Under the pieces are notes generated by a model. That model was not told the origin of the DNA. It ran no database searches and saw nothing but the letters and a program-made list of their open reading frames with translations. Positions 23,995-33,578 of a stretch of 62,543 nucleotides of DNA are shown piece by piece. Numbering within the stretch: the first letter of the stretch is position 1; every line of letters starts with the position of its first letter. The DNA comes from Actinomycetota bacterium (GTDB lineage Bacteria > Actinomycetota > Actinomycetes > S36-B12 > UBA5976): the NCBI GenBank assembly GCA_947491175.1, contig CANLIF010000001.1, forward strand, positions 1-62,543. The letters are read 5' to 3'. The position numbers were made by a program, and so were the translations under genes.

Positions 23995-25284
23995 ATGGGG
24001 ACTCTTTGGCAGACGATGGCAATCGTCTTGCTGTTCACCGTAGTTGGTGGCGTATTTGCTGCAGCTGAAACGGCCTTAATCACACTTCGAGATAGTCAAG
24101 TTAAGAAACTAGCCGCCAGTGGCCGTCGTGGCCGTCGTCTTGAAAAGTTGATGCGCAACCCAAATCGATTCCTCGGCGCAGTTCAAGTTGGCGTGACATT
24201 GGCTGGATTTTTATCAGCTGGTTACGGTGCTTCCCGCATAGTTCCAACATTCGCTCCCCAGCTAGTCACTTGGGGATTAAGTAAAGGTGTCGCCGAAACC
24301 ATTGCATTCATATTGGCAACACTGCTGATCGCCTATCTGTCACTTGTGATTGGCGAACTAACTCCAAAACGGTTAGCGATTCAGCATGCAGAACGGTACG
24401 CGCTTTTACTGGTAACCCCCGTTGACTTAATGGCCAAAATAACTTCACCGTTTATTTGGTTACTTTCGCATTCGTCAGATGCCTTGTTGCGGATACTAGG
24501 CGGTGACCCGCGAGCTGGTAAAGAGCAGATTTCGGGCGAAGAACTTCGCGGCATGGTTGCTATGCATGAGGATTTGACGCATGCCGAACGAGAACTCATT
24601 GATGATGTATTCGAAGCTGGTGATCGTGAGATTCGCGAGATTATGATTCCGCGAACTGAGGTCGCATTTCTTGACTCCGACCTACCGGTATACAAGGCAG
24701 TGAAGATTGTTGCCGATAAGCCGCACTCGCGTTACCCAGTGTCAGATGATTCTGAAGATGATGTTTTGGGATTCGTTCATGTTCGCGACCTGCTGGATCC
24801 AGAGATCCGCGAGCGCTCGATTCGTGTTGGTGACTTAGTGCGAGATGTTGCCAGGTTGCCAGGAACCAAACGAGTCATTCCGGCGCTTACTGATATGCGC
24901 GCAACTAATGCGCACATGGCCATTGTGGTTGATGAATATGGTGGCACCGCAGGAATCATCACAATGGAAGACTTGGTCGAAGAGCTTATTGGTGACATTC
25001 GAGATGAATATGACACTGATGCATCAGAGGGTGTAATCCCGCCAGGTAAAGACGTAGTTGTTGACGGTCTACTAAATCTTGATGACTTCTCTGAGGAAAC
25101 TCTTATGGAATTGCCAGAAGGACCATACGACACAGCGGCTGGATTTATGGCTGCCCAGCTTGGGCGGATTCCAATGGTGGGCGATGAGATTGTGATTGAT
25201 GCTGGATCTTTGACGGTATTGGAAATGGATGGCCGAAGGGTGTCCCGGATCCGAGTCGTTCGCTCTGCCACAATAGGGGAATGA
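23995..25284 (+). CDS. CNNM/CorC-type hemolysin-family membrane protein (DUF21-CBS-CorC_HlyC)
   Basis: 429 aa. N-terminal 4-TM DUF21, a CBS pair (IMIPRTEV...), and a C-terminal CorC/HlyC domain. Confidence 0.9.
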   Translation: MGTLWQTMAIVLLFTVVGGVFAAAETALITLRDSQVKKLAASGRRGRRLEKLMRNPNRFLGAVQVGVTLAGFLSAGYGASRIVPTFAPQLVTWGLSKGVAETIAFILATLLIAYLSLVIGELTPKRLAIQHAERYALLLVTPVDLMAKITSPFIWLLSHSSDALLRILGGDPRAGKEQISGEELRGMVAMHEDLTHAERELIDDVFEAGDREIREIMIPRTEVAFLDSDLPVYKAVKIVADKPHSRYPVSDDSEDDVLGFVHVRDLLDPEIRERSIRVGDLVRDVARLPGTKRVIPALTDMRATNAHMAIVVDEYGGTAGIITMEDLVEELIGDIRDEYDTDASEGVIPPGKDVVVDGLLNLDDFSEETLMELPEGPYDTAAGFMAAQLGRIPMVGDEIVIDAGSLTVLEMDGRRVSRIRVVRSATIGE

Positions 25285-26273
25285 CACTACGCGTTTTATC
25301 GGGCATTCAGCCAACTTCGGATAGTTTCCATGTTGGTAACCACCTAGGCGCGTTACAAAATTGGGTTGCAATGCAAGAAACCCATGAATGTGTTTACTTC
25401 ATTGCCGACATGCATGCAATTACCGTTGAGCAAGATCCAACAACTCTGCGCAATCGAACTCTGCTGTCATACGCGCAGTTACTTGCGCTAGGAATCGATC
25501 CAAATAAATCGACTCTGATTGTGCAAAGCCATGTGCCCGAACATGCCCAGTTGATGTGGGTTATGTCTTCAATCACTGGCTTAGGCGAAGCAAATCGCAT
25601 GACTCAGTTCAAAGACAAGTCTGCAAAAGGTGGCGCTGCAACCGCCAGCGTTGGTTTACTGACGTATCCAATTCTGCAGGCTGCTGATATTTTGCTTTAT
25701 CAAGCAAACGCGGTTCCTGTCGGTGAAGACCAGCGCCAGCACTTAGAACTGACTCGCGACTTGGCAATTCGATTCAACGGTCGCTTTGGTGACACATTCA
25801 CAGTTCCCGAAGCACATATTGTTAAAGGCACTGCAAAGATTCAGGACTTACAAGATCCAACTGCAAAGATGAGCAAGTCCTCACCATCAGGCTGTATCAA
25901 TTTGTTGGATCCTTTGAAAACCACCGAAAAGAAAATCAAGTCAGCGGTTACGGATTCAGATTCAGTAGTTGCATTTGATCTAGCGAAAAAAGCAGGTGTA
26001 TCAAACTTGCTAACAATCATGTCGGCCTACACGGGTACTTCGGTTACTGACTTAGTAACAAGTTTTGAAGGTCGGATGTATGGCGACTTAAAGAAAGAAA
26101 CCGCAGCAGCAGTATTAAGTTTTGTCGAGCCTTACCAAGCTAAGGTTGATTCCTACATGACTGACCCCAGTGAATTAGAAAATCTAATGCGAAAGAGTGC
26201 GGTACGCGCTCGCGAGATTGCGGCAAAGACTCTCTCAGACGTATACGACAAACTCGGATTCGTCCGTCCATGA
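25281..26273 (+). CDS. trpS: tryptophan--tRNA ligase
   Basis: 330 aa. [18 protein letters not shown] (HIGH-type motif), [13 protein letters not shown] and KMSKS. Confidence 0.96.
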   Translation: MTLRVLSGIQPTSDSFHVGNHLGALQNWVAMQETHECVYFIADMHAITVEQDPTTLRNRTLLSYAQLLALGIDPNKSTLIVQSHVPEHAQLMWVMSSITGLGEANRMTQFKDKSAKGGAATASVGLLTYPILQAADILLYQANAVPVGEDQRQHLELTRDLAIRFNGRFGDTFTVPEAHIVKGTAKIQDLQDPTAKMSKSSPSGCINLLDPLKTTEKKIKSAVTDSDSVVAFDLAKKAGVSNLLTIMSAYTGTSVTDLVTSFEGRMYGDLKKETAAAVLSFVEPYQAKVDSYMTDPSELENLMRKSAVRAREIAAKTLSDVYDKLGFVRP

Positions 26274-26286
26274 TCGTGAGCAACGT

Positions 26287-26940
26287 ATGAGTTGGGACGT
26301 CGTACTTTTCGATCTTGATGGCACACTAACTGACAGTGGACTTGGTGTTGCTAACGGAGTTTTGTACGCTTTGGAAAAAATGGGATTCCCAAAGCCAAGT
26401 GATGATGAACTCAAAAAATATCTTGGCCCGCCACTTTGGACTTCGTTTAGCGACTATGCCGGAATGCCGGAATCGGATACTCCTGAAGCGGTACGCCTCT
26501 ATCGTGAGTACTACAACGAAACTGGTGCTTACGAAAATTCCGTTTATCCTGGAATCCCAGAATTGCTAGCCAGACTGGTATCAGACGGCAAGCGCTTGGC
26601 TGTGGCTACTTCGAAAGTTGATTATGCAGCAGTTAATATTTTGCAGCACTTCAACATGGATCACTTCTTTGATGTGATTGCAGGGTCCGATGAAACTGGC
26701 GAACTGCGAGGCACCAAGTCACTGGTAATTGGACATGCCCTGGCCGAGTTGCGAGTAGGCGATGTAACGTCCGTTGTGATGATCGGAGATCGGGAGCACG
26801 ACATCCTGGGAGCAAAAGAACATGGAATTCCTGGGATTGGCGTGCTCTTCGGCTACGGAGATCGGGCTGAACTCGAGTCCGCAGGTGCTGTGGAAATCGT
26901 CAGCGAAGTTTCAGATTTAGCAACGGCCCTCTTGCGGTAA
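26287..26940 (+). CDS. HAD-family phosphatase (phosphoglycolate phosphatase-like)
   Basis: VLFDLDGTLTDSG motif I, TSK, and GDREHDI motif IV. Start set at ATG 26287; the ORF is open from 26197, inside trpS. Confidence 0.85.
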   Translation: MSWDVVLFDLDGTLTDSGLGVANGVLYALEKMGFPKPSDDELKKYLGPPLWTSFSDYAGMPESDTPEAVRLYREYYNETGAYENSVYPGIPELLARLVSDGKRLAVATSKVDYAAVNILQHFNMDHFFDVIAGSDETGELRGTKSLVIGHALAELRVGDVTSVVMIGDREHDILGAKEHGIPGIGVLFGYGDRAELESAGAVEIVSEVSDLATALLR

Positions 26941-26970
26941 AACTAGGTCCAAGTCCTAACTCGGTAGTCA

Positions 26971-26986
26971 TGTGCGACATATCACA
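26971..26986. promoter_or_regulatory. candidate CRP/GlxR-family binding site upstream of the sdh operon
   Basis: TGTGC-GACATA-TCACA matches 9/10 positions of TGTGA-N6-TCACA. It lies 57 nt upstream of the membrane-anchor gene start. Confidence 0.4.
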
Positions 26987-27042
26987 ATCGATTTACCTAT
27001 GCTCTCCTGCAGGCTTGAGCCACAGACCATAAACTTCTGGCT

Positions 27043-27846
27043 ATGGCTGTTAAATCAATGGAAAATGGTGTCTCGGCGCCAGGTCGAGCAAAAATCGGAT
27101 TTAGACATTTACGGACTGACAAATGGTGGGTAGAGCCACTGATTTCAGTCGTTGTTCTTTTGGCGTTCATTGTTTACTCAACATGGCGAGCATTTGAAAA
27201 TGATTTTTATTACGTTGACCATCTAGTTTCCCCGTTTTACTCACCGTGTCTTGCGACTTCTTGCCCACCTGAAGCGGCCATGTTTGGTACCCCATTTGGT
27301 GATTGGTATTCAATTTCGCCAGCGCTGTTAATTTTGGTTTTCCCACTTGGCTTTCGCTTAACTTGCTACTACTATCGCAAGACTTACTACCGTGCGTTTT
27401 GGATGTCACCACCTGCTTGTTCCGTAGCTGAACCACACAAGACATACACAGGTGAAACTCGTCAGCCATTGCTACTTCAGAATTCACATCGTTATTTCTT
27501 CTTTGCCGGACTTATTTTCAACGTGATCTTGACTTACGATGCGATTTTGGCATTCAAGGGTAAAGAGGGTGGCTTTGGTATGAGCGTTGGAACTGTCGTA
27601 CTACTTGCTAACGCGATTTTCCTTTGGATGTATTCACTTTCTTGCCATTCCTGCCGTCACGCAATTGGTGGTCGCTTGAAGCATTTCAGTAAGCATCCGT
27701 ACCGTTACAAGGCATGGACATTTGTTTCAACTCTTAATCCACATCATCCAAAGTTTGCCTGGGTTTCGCTGATTGGCGTTGCTCTGTGTGACTTGTATGT
27801 CCGCAGTGTCGCAACAGGCCAAATCACAAACATCTACTTCTTCTAA
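27043..27846 (+). CDS. sdhC: succinate dehydrogenase membrane anchor, mycobacterial Sdh1 (Rv0249c) type
   Basis: 267 aa with about 5 TM segments and a Cys/His-rich CHSCRH motif. It directly precedes the 630-aa flavoprotein and 251-aa Fe-S subunit, as in Rv0249c-Rv0247c. Confidence 0.75.
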   Translation: MAVKSMENGVSAPGRAKIGFRHLRTDKWWVEPLISVVVLLAFIVYSTWRAFENDFYYVDHLVSPFYSPCLATSCPPEAAMFGTPFGDWYSISPALLILVFPLGFRLTCYYYRKTYYRAFWMSPPACSVAEPHKTYTGETRQPLLLQNSHRYFFFAGLIFNVILTYDAILAFKGKEGGFGMSVGTVVLLANAIFLWMYSLSCHSCRHAIGGRLKHFSKHPYRYKAWTFVSTLNPHHPKFAWVSLIGVALCDLYVRSVATGQITNIYFF

Positions 27847-27862
27847 GGGGACTTGAACACTC

Positions 27863-29755
27863 ATGGCTGAACTTGAGCGTCACGAATACGACGTTGTAAT
27901 AATCGGTGCTGGTGGCGCTGGTCTGCGCGCTGCAATCGAAGCACGGGCAAGTGGCTTGCGTACTGCAATCATCTGTAAGTCTTTGTTTGGTAAGGCACAT
28001 ACTGTGATGGCTGAAGGCGGCATTGCTGCCAGCATGGGCAACGTCAATAGCAAAGACAATTGGATGGTTCACTTCCGTGACACTATGCGCGGTGGCAAGT
28101 TCCAGAACAACTGGCGCATGGCAGAACTTCACGCCAAGGAATCCCCAGATCGGGTTTGGGAACTTGAAACTTATGGCGCCCTTTTTGACCGCACTCCAGA
28201 AGGCAAAATTAGCCAACGAAACTTCGGTGGACACGAGTATCCACGTCTAGCTCACGTAGGTGACCGCACTGGCTTGGAATTAATTCGAACCATGCAACAA
28301 AAAATCGTTTCGTTACAGCAAGAAGACTTTGCTGAAACTGGCGATTACGAATCAAAGATCAAAGTTTTTGCCGAACTAACCATCACTGAAATTCTTAAAA
28401 CCGATGGCAAAGTTTCTGGCGCACTTGGCTACTGGCGTGAATCCGGCGATTTTGTGGTATTCGAAGCACCAGCGGTTGTGCTCGCAACTGGTGGTATCGG
28501 CAAATCATTCAAGGTAACTTCTAATTCCTGGGAAGGTACTGGCGACGGTCACGCATTAGCCCTTAAGGCTGGCGGAAACCTGATGCACATGGAGTTCATC
28601 CAGTTCCACCCAACCGGCATGGTTTGGCCACTAAGCGTTAAAGGCATCTTGGTTACTGAATCTGTGCGTGGCGATGGTGGTGTGCTTCGTAACTCAGATG
28701 GTCGACGCTTTATGTTCGATTACATTCCTCCGGTGTTCGTAAAGCAATACGCAGACACCGAAGAGGAAGCTGATCGTTGGTATGCCGATCAAGAAAATAA
28801 CCGTCGTCCTCCTGAATTGCTGCCCCGTGATGAAGTTGCGCGCGCAATTAACACTGAAGTCAAAGCCGGCAGAGGTTCTCCGCACGGCGGTGTATTCCTT
28901 GATGTTTCAACACGTCTAGCTCCTGAGGTTATCAAAGCCCGCCTGCCATCTATGTGGCACCAGTTCAAGGAACTTGCTGACGTAGACATCACCAAGCAGG
29001 CGATGGAAGTTGGACCAACTTGCCACTACGTAATGGGTGGCGTTCAGGTAGATCCAGACAGTGGCGCTGCAACTGGCGTACCTGGCCTATTTGCTGCGGG
29101 CGAAGTTGCTGGTGGCATGCATGGCTCAAACCGTCTGGGTGGAAACTCACTTTCTGACCTTTTGGTGTTTGGTCGCCGCGCAGGAGTTGGCGCAAGCGAG
29201 TACGTTAACGCTCTTGCTGCCAAGCCAAAGCTAGAACAATCCGAAATCGATCGTGCCTTAGCTGCTGCACTGGCTCCATTCAAGGGAGACAGCAAGGAAA
29301 ATGCTTACGCAGTTCATTACGAACTTCAACAGATGATGAATGACTTAGTAGGAATCATCCGGGTAGACGCGGAAATGCGCGAAGCAATCGAAAAGCTGGA
29401 AGCCATGAAAGAGCGCGCAAAGCATGTGAGCGTCATTGGTGACACCAAGTTCAATCCAGGTTGGCACATCGCCCTTGACTTGATGAACATGCTTCTAGTC
29501 AGTGAAGCGGTCGCAAAGTCAGCTATGGAACGTGAAGAATCACGCGGTGGCCACACCCGCGATGACTTCCCAACTATGGATCCAACTTGGCGTGTAATCC
29601 ACGTAATCACGTCATGGGATGGCTCAAAAGTAAATACTGAGCGCCAGTCACTTCCACCGATGCCAAAAGAATTGGCTGAACTCTTTGACGTTGAAGAATT
29701 AAAGAAGTACCTGCTGCCAGAAGAACTCGTGCAGCTTGGAATGGGAGGCAACTAA
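27863..29755 (+). CDS. sdhA: succinate dehydrogenase/fumarate reductase flavoprotein subunit
   Basis: 630 aa. VIIGAGGAGLRAA FAD-binding motif, HTVMAEGG (FAD-linking His) and HPTG. Confidence 0.96.
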   Translation: MAELERHEYDVVIIGAGGAGLRAAIEARASGLRTAIICKSLFGKAHTVMAEGGIAASMGNVNSKDNWMVHFRDTMRGGKFQNNWRMAELHAKESPDRVWELETYGALFDRTPEGKISQRNFGGHEYPRLAHVGDRTGLELIRTMQQKIVSLQQEDFAETGDYESKIKVFAELTITEILKTDGKVSGALGYWRESGDFVVFEAPAVVLATGGIGKSFKVTSNSWEGTGDGHALALKAGGNLMHMEFIQFHPTGMVWPLSVKGILVTESVRGDGGVLRNSDGRRFMFDYIPPVFVKQYADTEEEADRWYADQENNRRPPELLPRDEVARAINTEVKAGRGSPHGGVFLDVSTRLAPEVIKARLPSMWHQFKELADVDITKQAMEVGPTCHYVMGGVQVDPDSGAATGVPGLFAAGEVAGGMHGSNRLGGNSLSDLLVFGRRAGVGASEYVNALAAKPKLEQSEIDRALAAALAPFKGDSKENAYAVHYELQQMMNDLVGIIRVDAEMREAIEKLEAMKERAKHVSVIGDTKFNPGWHIALDLMNMLLVSEAVAKSAMEREESRGGHTRDDFPTMDPTWRVIHVITSWDGSKVNTERQSLPPMPKELAELFDVEELKKYLLPEELVQLGMGGN

Positions 29756-30510
29756 TGGGTCACGTAGCATCAATGCGAATTTGGCGCGGTAACAGCGAAG
29801 CCGGTGAACTTGAAGAACACAAAGTTGAAGTTAGTGAAGGCGAAGTTGTACTTGACGTAATTCATCGTCTTCAGGCAACCGAAGCTCCAGATCTAGCCGT
29901 GCGCTGGAATTGCAAAGCTGGCAAGTGTGGATCTTGCAGCGTTGAAATCAACGGTAAACCAAGTCTGATGTGCATGACTCGCATGAATACTTTTGCCGAA
30001 GATGAACAGGTAACGGTAACGCCTCTACGTGCTTTCCCAGTTATCAAGGATCTGGTTGCAGACGTATCTTTCAACTATAAGAAAGCTCGTGAGATTCCTG
30101 CATTTAAGGGACCAGATAACTTAAAGCCAGGCGAATACCGTATGGAACAAATTGATGTGCAGCGTAGCCAAGAGTTCCGCAAGTGCATCGAGTGCTTCTT
30201 GTGCCAAGACACTTGCCACGTTATCCGTGACCATGAAGAAAACAAGGAGTCCTTTGCTGGACCTCGGTTCTTCATTCGTCTTGCCGAACTAGAAATGCAT
30301 CCACTGGATCAACGTGATCGTAAGCGCGAAGCTCAAGAAGAACACGGTCTCGGTATGTGTAACATCACCAAGTGCTGTACTGCAGTGTGTCCAGAACACA
30401 TCAAGATCACTGACAATGCAATCATTCCTATGAAGGAACGCGTTGTTGATGAGAAATATGATCCGCTGGTATGGCTAGGACGCACAATCGGACTCCGTAA
30501 AGCGGACTAA
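29755..30510 (+). CDS. sdhB: succinate dehydrogenase/fumarate reductase iron-sulfur subunit
   Basis: 251 aa. CKAGKCGSC (2Fe-2S), CIECFLCQDTC and CNITKCCTAVCP cluster motifs. The start overlaps the sdhA stop. Confidence 0.95.
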   Translation: MGHVASMRIWRGNSEAGELEEHKVEVSEGEVVLDVIHRLQATEAPDLAVRWNCKAGKCGSCSVEINGKPSLMCMTRMNTFAEDEQVTVTPLRAFPVIKDLVADVSFNYKKAREIPAFKGPDNLKPGEYRMEQIDVQRSQEFRKCIECFLCQDTCHVIRDHEENKESFAGPRFFIRLAELEMHPLDQRDRKREAQEEHGLGMCNITKCCTAVCPEHIKITDNAIIPMKERVVDEKYDPLVWLGRTIGLRKAD

Positions 30511-30519
30511 CCTCTACTT

Positions 30520-32097
30520 ATGGGGATTACACAGTCAGGGCTACCAATTGATTCGGTATATGGGCCGCAATCACGTGATGGCTGGGATCCAGCGGTTGAA
30601 TTAGGTGAACCTGGAAAGTTTCCGTTCACTCGTGGTGTCTATCCAAGTATGTACACCGGGCGGCCTTGGACCATGCGGCAATATGCGGGGTTCGGCACGG
30701 CAGCAGAATCCAATGAGCGGTACCACCAACTGCTTGCAGCCGGAACAACTGGACTTAGTGTTGCTTTCGACTTACCTACCCAAATGGGTTATGACTCTGA
30801 TCATCAATTAGCACAAGGCGAAGTTGGCAAGGTTGGTGTTGCGATCGACACCGTCGAAGACATGAAAATTTTATTTGATCGGATTCCACTGGATCAGGTA
30901 TCAACATCAATGACGATCAATTCGCCAGCCTCAACACTTTTGCTGATGTACCAGTTGGTAGCCGAAGGCGAAGGCATTGCCGGAGCTGCACTTAATGGAA
31001 CAATCCAGAATGACGTCCTTAAGGAATATATTTCACGCGGGACTTACATTTATCCGCCAGCAGCCTCGTTACGGTTAACCACTGACATTTTTGAATACTG
31101 CGCAAAAGAAATTCCACGTTGGAATACCATTTCAATTTCGGGATATCACATGGGTGAAGCTGGTGCTACGCCTGCGCAAGAAATTGCATTCACACTCTCT
31201 AATGGCATTGAGTATGTCCGAGCTGCAATTGGCGCTGGCATGAACGTCGATGATTTTGCACCACGCTTGGCATTCTTCTTTGTTTCACGAACTACGATTC
31301 TGGAAGAAATCGCCAAATTCCGAGCAGCCCGTCGAATTTGGGCTCGAATCATGAAAGATGAATTCAAGGCAACAAATCCAAAGAGCCAAATGCTTAGATT
31401 CCATACTCAAACTGCAGGTGTGCAGTTAACTGCTCAGCAACCTGAAGTGAATCTGGTTCGAGTGGCAATTCAAGGTTTGGCTGCAGTTTTTGGTGGCACC
31501 CAGTCACTCCATACCAATTCTTTTGACGAAGCAATTGCTTTACCAACTGAAAAAGCTGCCAGACTTGCACTTCGCACGCAACAGGTCCTGGCGTATGAGA
31601 CTGACGTGACCGCAACTGTGGATCCATTCGCTGGCTCTTACGTTATTGAAGCAATGACAGATGAACTTGAAGCCGAAATTTTGCAATTAATGGGCAAGGT
31701 TGAAGATTTTGGTGGCGCTGCTAAGGCAATTGAAGTGGGGTTCCAAAAGAATGAAATCGAAACCAGCGCTTACGATTACGCCCTGCAAATTGATAAGGGT
31801 GAGCGAACCGTGGTTGGTGTTAACAAATTTGCAATTGATGTTGAAGAAAAGTACGAACCACTTCGAGTAGATCCAGCAATTGGGGAGCAGCAAGTTGCTC
31901 GCCTGCAGGCGATTCGAGATTCCCGAAACAATGCCGATGTGACTCGCGCACTTGATTCTTTAAAGCTGGCGGCTGAATCTTCCGAAAACGTAATGTATCC
32001 AATGAAAGAAGCCCTGGCAGCTAAGGCTAGTGGCGGCGAAGTTGCAGATGCGTTGCGCGAAGTTTGGGGCCGTTACAACCCACCAGATGTTTTTTAG
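30520..32097 (+). CDS. acyl-CoA (methylmalonyl-CoA-type) mutase large catalytic subunit, no B12 domain
   Basis: 525 aa. FTRGVYPSMYTGRPWTMRQYAGFG, TGLSVAFDLPTQMGYDSD and a TIM-barrel substrate domain. The ORF ends before any cobalamin-binding domain. It begins 10 nt after sdhB. Confidence 0.93.
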   Translation: MGITQSGLPIDSVYGPQSRDGWDPAVELGEPGKFPFTRGVYPSMYTGRPWTMRQYAGFGTAAESNERYHQLLAAGTTGLSVAFDLPTQMGYDSDHQLAQGEVGKVGVAIDTVEDMKILFDRIPLDQVSTSMTINSPASTLLLMYQLVAEGEGIAGAALNGTIQNDVLKEYISRGTYIYPPAASLRLTTDIFEYCAKEIPRWNTISISGYHMGEAGATPAQEIAFTLSNGIEYVRAAIGAGMNVDDFAPRLAFFFVSRTTILEEIAKFRAARRIWARIMKDEFKATNPKSQMLRFHTQTAGVQLTAQQPEVNLVRVAIQGLAAVFGGTQSLHTNSFDEAIALPTEKAARLALRTQQVLAYETDVTATVDPFAGSYVIEAMTDELEAEILQLMGKVEDFGGAAKAIEVGFQKNEIETSAYDYALQIDKGERTVVGVNKFAIDVEEKYEPLRVDPAIGEQQVARLQAIRDSRNNADVTRALDSLKLAAESSENVMYPMKEALAAKASGGEVADALREVWGRYNPPDVF

Positions 32098-32186
32098 TTT
32101 GTAGCCACTAACATAGGGGTGGTCGTGAAAACCCTGCTGGCTAATGTGAGATCGGCGGTTCATAGACCTAGTCATTGGCGGTTTCA

Positions 32187-33566
32187 ATGTCTGGTGCAAG
32201 TGAATTAAATCCGAACTCAATGCATCTATTTGATGCAGAGTTAACAAAACAAGTTTTTGAATACATGCGGGATCGGCTCTCGATGCCGGATGTCCCACTT
32301 GATTTTCCAGGTGACCCAAAGGAGCTGGCTCAGGCGCTTTCTGGGCTAATCAAACCCGAAGGAAATTCAGCGACAGAGATCCTGAAACTTTATGATGAAG
32401 TGATTTCTCGAGCCGTAGTCTCGGGTGATAGTCCTCGCTTTATGGCATTCATTCCAACTGCACCCACTAAAGCAGCACTGCTATTCGACATGATTGTTTC
32501 CTGTGCCTCGATTCAAGGGATCTCTTGGCTGGAAGCAGCAGGTTCAATTTCCGCCGAGAACCAAGTTCTGCGCTGGATGTCTGACGTGGCTGGCTTACCG
32601 GAATCAGCTGGGGGTACTTTTGTATCCGGTGGATCTGCGGCAAATCTAGCGGCGCTCACTGTGGCAAGAGACTCCGGTCGACAGCGCGTACATGGCGGGA
32701 AACGTTTACCTGTGAGAATTGCGCTAAGCCAACAAGCTCATTCTTCGATTGGTAATTCACTCGGCATTCTTGACATTGAACCATTCATAGTCGAAACATC
32801 AGACTATGCGATGACAAAAGCAGATTTAGATCGGGCACTTTCTGCAATCGATCCCAGTGATGCACCAGTTGTCGGTGTGGTCGCAACGGCTGGTACCACG
32901 AATGCTGGAATCATCGATGACCTCGCGGGAATCAGTGCGACTGCTCAAGAGCATGGAATCTGGTTCCATGTTGATGCCGCATATGGTGGCGCCGCCTTAT
33001 TGGCTCCATCAGTAAGAGATCAATTTAATGGAATTGAAAATGCTGACTCGATAACTATGGACCCACACAAGTGGTGGTTCTCGCCATTTGATGTAGCAGC
33101 AATTATTTATCGAAATCCAAAGTTGGCAGCAGTAGTCCATACTCAGGATGCGTCTTATTTGGACGTCTTGCATGAAGATGATTCGCTGATTAATCCCACA
33201 GATCTCGCGTACCACTTAACAAGACGAGCCCGCGGACTTCCGATCTGGTTCTCGGTAGTTGTGAATGGCACAGATGCATACCGCGATGCAGTCGAGGCCT
33301 CAATTTCGCTAACTAACGAAGTTGCCGATTTCATCAGGGAACACGAAGACCTAGAACTTGTCATTGAGCCATCGCTCTCTATAGTTTTATGGCGCCGAAA
33401 AGGTTGGAACGCAAAAGATTATCGTGACCTCCAGGACCAACTAATCCAGTCTCAGACTGCATTTGTGACACCTACTTCTTGGCAGGGTGAAACAGTGGGC
33501 AGGTTTGCCTTCGTTCACCCTGGAACCACGATCGAAATGGTCAAGGAAGTTTTTGCAGCTCTTTAA
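32187..33566 (+). CDS. group II pyridoxal-phosphate-dependent decarboxylase
   Basis: About 460 aa. SGGSAANLAAL and SITMDPHKWWFSPFD (PLP-Lys motif). The ORF is open from TTG 32175. Substrate cannot be inferred. Confidence 0.85.
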   Translation: MSGASELNPNSMHLFDAELTKQVFEYMRDRLSMPDVPLDFPGDPKELAQALSGLIKPEGNSATEILKLYDEVISRAVVSGDSPRFMAFIPTAPTKAALLFDMIVSCASIQGISWLEAAGSISAENQVLRWMSDVAGLPESAGGTFVSGGSAANLAALTVARDSGRQRVHGGKRLPVRIALSQQAHSSIGNSLGILDIEPFIVETSDYAMTKADLDRALSAIDPSDAPVVGVVATAGTTNAGIIDDLAGISATAQEHGIWFHVDAAYGGAALLAPSVRDQFNGIENADSITMDPHKWWFSPFDVAAIIYRNPKLAAVVHTQDASYLDVLHEDDSLINPTDLAYHLTRRARGLPIWFSVVVNGTDAYRDAVEASISLTNEVADFIREHEDLELVIEPSLSIVLWRRKGWNAKDYRDLQDQLIQSQTAFVTPTSWQGETVGRFAFVHPGTTIEMVKEVFAAL

Positions 33567-33578
33567 GTGTGATTAAGG

